From positions 10,743-74,742 of the forward strand of contig JAHKLY010000006.1 in the NCBI GenBank assembly GCA_020854825.1: DNA of 64,000 nt, given 5' to 3'. This stretch comes from Candidatus Micrarchaeota archaeon (GTDB taxonomy: Archaea > Micrarchaeota > Micrarchaeia > Anstonellales > JAHKLY01). Within the stretch, counting starts at the first letter, position 1. The number at the start of each line of letters is the position of its first letter. Position numbers and translations under genes: made by a program. Positions 56,685 through 64,000 of the stretch are shown piece by piece. Under the pieces are notes generated by a model. The model did no database searches. It was not told where the DNA came from and saw only the letters and a program-made list of their open reading frames with translations.

Positions 56685-59600
56685 CTACTTTTTATCTTGT
56701 AATTCTATCCCTAAAACTTGTGACCCTTTGTCAGTCATTGTTACACCAAGCGCAACATCTGCACTTTTTAATACTTCATCGTTATGTGTTATAACAAAAA
56801 ACTGAGTATTTACTGATAATTTTTTAATTAATTCTGCCATTTTTCTTGAATTTTCTTTATCTAATGCTGCTTCTGCTTCATCTAAAAGATAAAATGGGGA
56901 TGGTTTAGTCATTTGTATTGAAAATATAAAAATAAGTGCTAATAATGATTTTTCTCCTCCTGACATTGAATCCAAATATTTATTCTTATTCCCTTTTTTA
57001 ACTCTTATTTGCAGTCCAGATTCAAAAGGTTCATTAGGTTTATCTAAAACCAATAATCCTTCTCCATCAAAAACATAACCAAACAAATCTTTAAATTTAT
57101 CATTAATTTTATGGAAGGTTTCCATAAATATCTTATTCTTCTTTGAATCTATCTCTTCAATCATTGTTAATACCGCTGATCTTTCATCCTTTAATTTTTC
57201 AACTTTATCTTTAATCTCCTCAATTTCTTTTTTCTTTTCTTCATATAACTCAGGCGCTTTAAGATTGACTTCACCCAATGAATTGAGTTTATTTTCGTTG
57301 TCTCTTATAATTTCCAACAATTTTTCTTTACTTGCATCAATTAAAACTGTATCTTTATAATCTTCATATTCTGATTTTAAATCTATTAATCTAGTCTCAG
57401 CTTTTGCTTTACTTATCTCATAATCTTTCAATGAATCCTTAGTTCTTTCATAAGAATAAAGAAGTTTTCCTTTTTGTTGAGAAACCAGATCTAATTCTTT
57501 ATCTAAATGCTTGATTTCTTCCCAAACACCTTCTAATTTTTTACTTATTTTTGTCATTTCTTGTTCTACTTTATCAAGTTCTTTCTCATTATTTTTTAAA
57601 GTATTATTTAATTCTGATCTAATCTTTAATACTTCTTTTAAATCAACAGATATTTGTTTTTCTTTTTCTTTGTGTTGTTTTAATGATTCTTCTAATAATT
57701 CTTTTTCTTTTTGTTTGGACTGGTAATCTGCTCGCTTATCTGATAATTTAGACAAAAGATTTGAATATTTTTTCTGCATTTCGGATTGTTTTTCTTTTTG
57801 TTTTTCCTGGTGTTCTTTTAATTTTTTATTAATATCTATTTTTTTATTTTCTAAACTCAATATCTCCTCTTCTAATTTTGATTTCTGTTTAATTAACTCT
57901 TTCTGTCTTTGTTCTAACTCAATTAATACTTTTTTAATATCTTCTGCTTTTGTTTTTACTTTTTCTGTACTTCTTGTTATCCCTCCTATTTCAATCATTA
58001 TTTCCCTATATTTTAATTCTAATGCAGTCCTTTCTTTTCTTTTGCTATTCATTTCTTCCCTAAGACTTTCTAAATCTGAATGTAATTGAGTTTTTTCTAT
58101 TTTTAATTCTTCTAATTCTTTTTCCAATTTATCTAATTTCATTTTGGCCGATAAATTTCCTTTTGAACTCCCCCCTGTAAGTATTCCTGAAGTATAAAAT
58201 ACTTCTCCTCCTAACGTAACAAGCTTGCATGTTCCTTTTAATTTTTTTGCAGTATCTAAAGAATCAATAATTGCCGTAGATCCAAAAGCATATTCAATTG
58301 CATTATAATATTTTGGTTCAAATTTAATTACATTAATTAAAGAATCTACAAACCCTTTTGAAGATTTTACCTTCTGTGGAATAGACTCTCCTTTTCCAGG
58401 TCTATCCAAAGGAATAAAGGTACATCTACCCATCTTTTGTTTTTTCAAAAGCTCAATTATTTTTGCAGCAGTATCTATATCTTCAACTACTACATACTCT
58501 AATCTTCCTGCAGCAGCTCCTTGAATCGCATCTGAATATTTTTGATCAAATAAAATTAATTCTGCAACAGTTCCATATAATCCGGGTATTTTTGGCTTTA
58601 TTTCATCTACAAACATTAGAGTTGGGTTTTTTGTTAATCCTTTAACATGTGGTCTTAATTCTGCAATTTTCCCTCTTAAATTAATCAGCTCTCTGTCTGC
58701 TTCTGCAATACTCTTGTTTTTCTGTTTTTCATTTTCAAATATTTTATCCACTTCTTTCTGTACTGTTTTTATTTCATCTTCTAAATTTTCTTTTTCATTT
58801 TCTAATTTTGTTAGATCTATATCTTCATCTTCTAACCCTTCTTTTCTAATATTAATCATATTTATAATACCTTCAAAATCAGCATTTAATTTAGCTAAAC
58901 TCTCTTTTTTAGAAATTAATAAATCGCTTATTGAAGTTATTTCCTCTTGTAAATCTAAATTGTTTATATTTGAATCAAAAACTTCTTCTGGAACTTCTTT
59001 TTGTAACTTTTTTAATTCTTTATCAATTTCTGTTATCTCTTTTTCTAATGTAGATATTTTATTTGAGACTTTGGATTGGTCTCCAATTATTTTCTGTTTT
59101 TCTTGTTCTAATTTTTTAATTTCTCTATCTTTTTCAACTAATGAATTTTTACCTACATTAATATTTATTCGCAATTCTTCCAATTGTCTTAATAATCCTT
59201 CTTTTTTGCCGTCTTTATTAATTTTATCTGTTAATTCATTCTTTTTTGTTTCTAATTCTCTAAGGTTTTTCTCTAAAACATTAATGTCTTCTTGTAATTT
59301 TTTAAGTGTATTTTCTTTTTCCTTTAAATTTTTAATAGAATTATCATATTCTTTTTGAAATTTATCTAATTCTATATATACTAATGATGCTCTTCCTCTT
59401 TTATATAATTCTTTAGATCTTTTATATTCAATTGCTGCGTCTTTTTCTTTTTCTAACTCATTAACAAATCCTTCTCTTTCACTTAATACAATTGAAGCAT
59501 CATTTATTTTTTGTTGTACTTTATCTAATTCTTTTATTGATTCTTTTTTCTTCTCTTCAAATTCAGATATCCCTGCTACTCCATCTATTATTCCTCTTCT

Positions 59601-60065
59601 TTCTTTAGGGCCCATTTCAACTATTTTTTGAACTTGCCCTTGCGCAATAACATTATGATTTCCTAATTCTAAACCTATTGGTCGTATTGCTTCAATAACA
59701 TTAGTTCTAGTTGTCATTTTTCCATTTAATTTATATATTGTTTTTCCATCTTTATTTATGGCTCTTTTAACTTCAAGATGATTTCCAATTCCATTGCCTG
59801 TGAATAAAGTAACTGCTGCTTCTTTTGAATCCATAAAAACAAGTTCAGAGGTTTTTTTAGCTCTCAATGATTTCAAACTTAATTCACCTAGACTAAATCT
59901 TACTGCGTCTGATAGGTTACTTTTTCCTGACCCATTTGGGCCTGCAACTGCTATAAATCCAGGAGGTAAATCTAAATCTACACTTTTAAATGATTTAAAA
60001 CCTCTTATCTTAATCCTGTTAATAAAGGTTTTACTAGTAAACTCAACATTATCTTTAGTCGCCAT
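56685..60065 (-). CDS. smc: Chromosome segregation ATPase SMC
   Basis: Walker A GPNGSGKSN. Long coiled coils. Central hinge with …GRCTFIPLD… and Gly-rich segments. ABC signature LSGGEKSLLALIF. Walker B LLDEAEAALD. 1126 aa. Confidence 0.85.
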   Translation of the reverse strand: MATKDNVEFTSKTFINRIKIRGFKSFKSVDLDLPPGFIAVAGPNGSGKSNLSDAVRFSLGELSLKSLRAKKTSELVFMDSKEAAVTLFTGNGIGNHLEVKRAINKDGKTIYKLNGKMTTRTNVIEAIRPIGLELGNHNVIAQGQVQKIVEMGPKERRGIIDGVAGISEFEEKKKESIKELDKVQQKINDASIVLSEREGFVNELEKEKDAAIEYKRSKELYKRGRASLVYIELDKFQKEYDNSIKNLKEKENTLKKLQEDINVLEKNLRELETKKNELTDKINKDGKKEGLLRQLEELRININVGKNSLVEKDREIKKLEQEKQKIIGDQSKVSNKISTLEKEITEIDKELKKLQKEVPEEVFDSNINNLDLQEEITSISDLLISKKESLAKLNADFEGIINMINIRKEGLEDEDIDLTKLENEKENLEDEIKTVQKEVDKIFENEKQKNKSIAEADRELINLRGKIAELRPHVKGLTKNPTLMFVDEIKPKIPGLYGTVAELILFDQKYSDAIQGAAAGRLEYVVVEDIDTAAKIIELLKKQKMGRCTFIPLDRPGKGESIPQKVKSSKGFVDSLINVIKFEPKYYNAIEYAFGSTAIIDSLDTAKKLKGTCKLVTLGGEVFYTSGILTGGSSKGNLSAKMKLDKLEKELEELKIEKTQLHSDLESLREEMNSKRKERTALELKYREIMIEIGGITRSTEKVKTKAEDIKKVLIELEQRQKELIKQKSKLEEEILSLENKKIDINKKLKEHQEKQKEKQSEMQKKYSNLLSKLSDKRADYQSKQKEKELLEESLKQHKEKEKQISVDLKEVLKIRSELNNTLKNNEKELDKVEQEMTKISKKLEGVWEEIKHLDKELDLVSQQKGKLLYSYERTKDSLKDYEISKAKAETRLIDLKSEYEDYKDTVLIDASKEKLLEIIRDNENKLNSLGEVNLKAPELYEEKKKEIEEIKDKVEKLKDERSAVLTMIEEIDSKKNKIFMETFHKINDKFKDLFGYVFDGEGLLVLDKPNEPFESGLQIRVKKGNKNKYLDSMSGGEKSLLALIFIFSIQMTKPSPFYLLDEAEAALDKENSRKMAELIKKLSVNTQFFVITHNDEVLKSADVALGVTMTDKGSQVLGIELQDKK

Positions 60066-60119
60066 TGGTAGTATTTACTAACGTAGAATTTAAATATATT
60101 ACCTTTATTTCACTAAAAC

Positions 60120-60626
60120 TTATTCTATTTTTGTTTTTATTCTGCCTGAAACATATCTAGTATTAGTAAGAATTCCACTTTCTGTAATTCTTTGATAATC
60201 AAAAGTTAAATAAAAAGTTCTAATATCTCCCTGTGCTTGACCATTAAATTCACCAGCTAAAACAATAGATTTACCCGGATCCAATCTTAAACTACCGATT
60301 ACATTAAGAAGTCCTTCCGTAGTATGGCCAGAATTTGAAATTTTTGCACCAGTAGTTAAATCCCTTAATGTTATTTCTTGTAATTGTATAGGATAACCTA
60401 ATCCATTTGTTATATTAAAACGTATTTTATATAAACTTGCATCCTGCTCTCCCCCGGGTGTTAAACAAGGAAAATCAGGAGTTATTTTACATTCTTGATT
60501 ATTAAATTTTCCACTATCTAATATCCCCGAAGAAAGTAAAACTGCAATTATGATGAGTATTGTAATTAAAACCCAGCCATAGGTCATCAAATATTCCATA
60601 GCTGCTTGTCCTTTTTTATTTTGCAT
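60120..60626 (-). CDS. Archaeal type IV pilin-like protein with class III signal peptide
   Basis: MQNKKGQAAMEYLMTYGWVLITILIIIAVLL: KG|Q…E prepilin-peptidase-type motif then a hydrophobic helix. Beta-rich remainder. Confidence 0.65.
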   Translation of the reverse strand: MQNKKGQAAMEYLMTYGWVLITILIIIAVLLSSGILDSGKFNNQECKITPDFPCLTPGGEQDASLYKIRFNITNGLGYPIQLQEITLRDLTTGAKISNSGHTTEGLLNVIGSLRLDPGKSIVLAGEFNGQAQGDIRTFYLTFDYQRITESGILTNTRYVSGRIKTKIE

Positions 60627-60687
60627 AAAATCAACAATTAAAATTTGAATATATATATTTAAATAGTTTTGTCCTTCTTAAACTAGT

Positions 60688-60990
60688 ATGAATGAAGATG
60701 AAATATTAGGTAAATTAATAACAAAAGCAGATTTACTCTCCAATACCTTTGATAAACAAGGAGAAATTTTATTGTATGAAAATGGGTTTAAAATTGAATT
60801 TGAAGGAAGACAATCAAAAGCGCCATATGATTATATACAAAATATGACAAAAACAGGTGAAGGAGCATTAGGAAAAATTAAAGCGAAAATTAGTGTTTTT
60901 GATATGTTGGGCATAAATAATGAATATGAAATCTCAATTCCAGATCAAATCTATAATGTACTTAAAAGACGCTGGGAAGAATCTAAATAA
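60688..60990 (+). CDS. Hypothetical protein (100 aa)
   Basis: ORF with native-like composition. 3' end overlaps the convergent nuclease gene by about 40 nt. No family recognised. Confidence 0.3.
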   Translation: MNEDEILGKLITKADLLSNTFDKQGEILLYENGFKIEFEGRQSKAPYDYIQNMTKTGEGALGKIKAKISVFDMLGINNEYEISIPDQIYNVLKRRWEESK

Positions 60991-61922
60991 GAATAAGGCT
61001 TTGCATTATGCCCTCTTTTTCTTAACTCATTAGATAATAAGTATTCATTTCCATGGGCACAAAATATCTGTTTAGGTTTAGCTTGTTCTATATATGTTAA
61101 TATATCATTGAAATCAGCATGATCACTAAGTAAAAAACCTTTATCTACACTCATCGGCCTCATGAGAATCTGACCAGAAGCAACAGCACATAATACTTCT
61201 CTGTTATATGCAAAACTTAATTTATATGCAAATCTTCTATTGACAATTCTCTGTGGCATAACAGCTACAAAAGAATCACGCATTACTTCATTTGCTTCAT
61301 TTGTCCCTATTAATAACCTATCTAATTTAATACCATACTTTTCATAGATTCTACAATACTGATCAACTTTTTTATCGACAATAGGAGTTATATTACAATA
61401 AGTATTCAAAATTTTTATTATTTCTTGACTTTTTCCTAAAGAATATCCCCCAAATAATAATATGCTCTGTTTATTTTTTCTTACCCAATTATAAATTTCA
61501 TAATAAACAGATTCATATTCTGGAAAAGAAATTCCTGGTTGGGCATATGTACTTTCAATAATTAATGTATCACACTCTTTAACTTCTGCTTTTTTTGTTG
61601 TTAATCCATCTCTTAATTTAAAATCACCAGTATATATCAATCGCCCTTCGTTTGTATCTGCCATTAATTGAGTTGAACCTAATATATGCCCTGCATTTAG
61701 TAATTTAATACCCTTTGGATTAATAATAATTGGATCATATTTTTCTTTCCAATTTGCTAATTCATAACTTTCTTTAGAAACAATGACTCCTTTCTTTTTT
61801 CTTGGACTTCTTAAATGATCAGAATGAGCATGAGATAAATATAATACATCTCCCCTACTTTGTTCTAACCCAATCTCCATTTGGGAATCTAACAAAGTTG
61901 CATATTGATGGGAATAAACCAT
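60951..61922 (-). CDS. Metallo-beta-lactamase-fold nuclease, beta-CASP-like (COG1236-type)
   Basis: …GDVLYLSHAHSDH (HxHxDH), …TGDFKLRDG…, …LIIESTYAQP…, …LLSDHADFNDILTYIEQAKPKQIFCAHGNE… (beta-CASP motifs B/C). Confidence 0.6.
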   Translation of the reverse strand: MVYSHQYATLLDSQMEIGLEQSRGDVLYLSHAHSDHLRSPRKKKGVIVSKESYELANWKEKYDPIIINPKGIKLLNAGHILGSTQLMADTNEGRLIYTGDFKLRDGLTTKKAEVKECDTLIIESTYAQPGISFPEYESVYYEIYNWVRKNKQSILLFGGYSLGKSQEIIKILNTYCNITPIVDKKVDQYCRIYEKYGIKLDRLLIGTNEANEVMRDSFVAVMPQRIVNRRFAYKLSFAYNREVLCAVASGQILMRPMSVDKGFLLSDHADFNDILTYIEQAKPKQIFCAHGNEYLLSNELRKRGHNAKPYSYLDSSQRLLSTL

Positions 61923-61930
61923 TAATTCAC

Positions 61931-62257
61931 CTATTGACTTTTTATCTCTTCAATGTGATCTTCAATAATTTTCAATTGTGTAGAAACTCTACTCATTAAA
62001 TTTTTAATTGCTGCTAATTCATAAGTAATCGTCTGTAATTGTATTTTTCTTTTTTCTGGTGTATCCTCTTCGGACATTGCTTTTATTCCATATATATCAT
62101 CTTTAAGAGAATCCAAGCTCTTCCTAACATTTGGCTTAACCTTCTTACTTTTTGGACTTGATACTGGTTTTAAAATGTTTTTAAGTTCTTTTTTTGAAGG
62201 TTTTGCTTTTGGTTTTGTTATTTTTTTTAAAGGTTTTTTTACTATCTTCTTTGCCAT
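61931..62257 (-). CDS. Hypothetical Lys-rich basic protein (108 aa) with helical C-terminal half
   Basis: MAKKIVKKPLKKITKPKAKPSKKELKNILKPVSSPKSKKVKPNVRK… basic tail followed by a coiled-coil-like segment. Confidence 0.35.
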   Translation of the reverse strand: MAKKIVKKPLKKITKPKAKPSKKELKNILKPVSSPKSKKVKPNVRKSLDSLKDDIYGIKAMSEEDTPEKRKIQLQTITYELAAIKNLMSRVSTQLKIIEDHIEEIKSQ

Positions 62258-62364
62258 AATGCATCTCCAAAATGAATTTTCTTAGTAGATTTATAAACCT
62301 TTTGGTATAACGAATAAAAAAGAAGTAAAAAATATGAGATATTTTTGTATCTATAGGTACAAAC

Positions 62365-63999
62365 TCACTCTTCTCGCTTTAATTTTGTGAATACAATCTC
62401 TTCTTCTTGTTTGGGTTTTTTTCCTTTATAAAAGAAAAGTCCTCCTATGAGGAGAACTAATAAAATTGAAGAAGATACAATTAATAATATTGGACTTTCC
62501 CCAACTTCTAAATCTAATTGGTTTGAACTAGATAAAATCCTTAATGTATCATAATATATCTTTGAACTTATTTTAAATGCTTCAACAAAATCTTCTTTGT
62601 TTAAATACTCATTTGCTTTTTTATATTCTTCTTTAATTGTAGCTAATTTATAATTTGCATCTGCTCCTAAATTTCTATTTTCTAATATCCCAATTGCAGT
62701 GCTTGTTTTTTCTATATACTCTTTTGTTTTTTCTTCAACATTATTTACAATAATTTCTACCCCGCTTCTAGTAATATTAAATTCTCTAATCGATTCTCTA
62801 AAACTACTTATATATGCCCAATCTGATAATATTAATGTCTGTTCTTTTTCTAATTTAGTCTCTATTTCTGATATTGATTTTTTCATTATTTTAAGTTTTG
62901 CGTCAATATCTGTCAATGTATAAGAAAAAGATAAAATTGAATTTCCTTCTACTTTATATGTTTTTAATCCATTATAATACATCCTGTATTTAGGATATAT
63001 AATATTTTCAAAATTACTTGTACTTTCCTTGGCATATTTTATTTCAGTAGATACTTCTGTTAGAGTAGATTTTCCAGCAGAACCTATTTTTACACTTAAT
63101 GAATCTAATAATTTTTGAGTTTGGCCTAATAAGGGAATATCTTCTTTTGAAAGAGTTAATGCCCTAAGCTTAACCAAGTTTTCCTCTATTAAAGCCATTA
63201 AATTTGAAGCTTCTGGATCATCAATTCCACTTCTTATCCATACTGCACTTAATTGATTAAAATCATTCATTAACCCTTCTCTTATGGTTTTTAATGATGA
63301 AAATAAATCAAAACTTTGGGTTATATTTCTTGCTTTTTTTAGTTTATCAAATGCATCCGCATATTTTCCTAAACTAAAATCTAATTGTGAATCTTCTAAA
63401 ATGGAATTTATTAAACTTAGATTCCCTAATAAATTAGTAGATGTATTTGTTAAATTATTTTCATTTAATAAATCCACAGTTTCTTGTAAAGAATGCACTT
63501 CTTGTATTATATCTTCATATTCTTCTTGGTAACTACCTTGAGATAATTCTTGAGATGCACTTCTGTTCTCTAAAACATAATAAAAGTGATAGACATGCCT
63601 TGCTTTTAAAATATCTGGAAGTTCAATTTTTGATGTTGTATCTAATAAATACGTTTGTTTTGGAATTCCATTTATTTCAGTTAAAGTGGAGATTGTGTTT
63701 TCAGGTATGTCCTCAAATGAAAAAAGCATACTAACAGATATATCTGCATCAAAAGTGACTATTCTTCTAATTCTTTGATACTCCATTGTTGACTCTATAA
63801 TTGTTTCTGAATGTGATACTTTTCTAAAAAATTTATCTTCAAGATGAAATTTAATCTCATAAACTTGTCTAGGAGATACTTTAGACAATTCTATTATCAG
63901 ATTACCTCCATTTTTTGATATATAAGAAATATCTTGAGATTTTAAAACTATATCTGAATTATATACTTCATATATAAAAGGTATTTCAAAACTTAACAT
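62365..63999 (-). CDS. Hypothetical protein with C-terminal TM anchor; possibly 5'-truncated by the window edge
   Basis: C-terminal …ILLIVSSSILLVLLIGGLFFYKGKKPKQEEE anchor. The ORF reaches within 1 nt of the window end, so the true start may lie outside. Confidence 0.4.
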   Translation of the reverse strand: MLSFEIPFIYEVYNSDIVLKSQDISYISKNGGNLIIELSKVSPRQVYEIKFHLEDKFFRKVSHSETIIESTMEYQRIRRIVTFDADISVSMLFSFEDIPENTISTLTEINGIPKQTYLLDTTSKIELPDILKARHVYHFYYVLENRSASQELSQGSYQEEYEDIIQEVHSLQETVDLLNENNLTNTSTNLLGNLSLINSILEDSQLDFSLGKYADAFDKLKKARNITQSFDLFSSLKTIREGLMNDFNQLSAVWIRSGIDDPEASNLMALIEENLVKLRALTLSKEDIPLLGQTQKLLDSLSVKIGSAGKSTLTEVSTEIKYAKESTSNFENIIYPKYRMYYNGLKTYKVEGNSILSFSYTLTDIDAKLKIMKKSISEIETKLEKEQTLILSDWAYISSFRESIREFNITRSGVEIIVNNVEEKTKEYIEKTSTAIGILENRNLGADANYKLATIKEEYKKANEYLNKEDFVEAFKISSKIYYDTLRILSSSNQLDLEVGESPILLIVSSSILLVLLIGGLFFYKGKKPKQEEEIVFTKLKREE

Positions 64000-64000
64000 A

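Noticed and set aside
1-64000. tRNA, rRNA, CRISPR arrays, IS elements/transposases, integrases
   Set aside because: Scanned intergenic regions for GC-rich cloverleaf-like segments, repeat-spacer periodicity and DDE/tyrosine-recombinase-like ORFs. None seen; all long ORFs are accounted for by housekeeping or hypothetical proteins.

Overview
This is an AT-rich archaeal chromosomal window of roughly 25-30% GC. Lys/Asn/Ile-rich proteins, Cbf5, aMBF1, FEN-1, SUI1, an RNase P p29 subunit and archaeal-type r-proteins make a DPANN-like or other small-genome archaeon likely. No rRNA, tRNA, CRISPR array or transposase was found by eye. The core is a canonical archaeal S10/spc ribosomal-protein super-operon on the + strand (about 28.6-43.2 kb): L3-L4-L23-L2-S19-L22-S3-L29-SUI1-Rpp29-S17-L14-L24-S4e-L5-S14-S8-L6-L32e-L19e-L18-S5-L30-L15-SecY-Adk-DUF106-L34e. 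Most of these genes are preceded by AGGTG-type Shine-Dalgarno motifs and abut or overlap by 1-14 nt. A second translation cluster lies on the - strand (L1-L10/P0-P1-parvulin; S15-S3Ae-NAC-alpha; ValRS). Other housekeeping genes are DNA ligase, thioredoxin reductase, a site-2 protease, FEN-1, L14e-Cbf5, SMC, UMP kinase, cytidylate kinase, a Kef-type antiporter, two beta-CASP nucleases and an Mre11-like phosphoesterase. The 5' end holds a cluster of large, glycosylation-sequon-rich secreted proteins (one 1282 aa). Calls worth a second look: (a) a 105-aa protein with a ribosomal P-stalk-like C-terminal tail (…SGFGSLFG), in a genome whose L10/P0 lacks that tail; (b) a Lys-poor, beta-rich 302-aa protein with a basic N-terminal arm and a terminal YYWFW, between the Kef antiporter and pyrH; (c) an overlapping pair of large uncharacterized proteins next to a Cys-rich lipoprotein; (d) a 44-nt direct repeat pair in a divergent promoter region; (e) a triple ATCATGAT palindrome upstream of a TrmB-family regulator; (f) an unlisted 57-aa Sec61-beta-like gene; (g) non-canonical catalytic motifs in Cmk and a ComEC-like MBL lipoprotein. 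All protein identifications are from motif and family recognition by eye. No database search was run.
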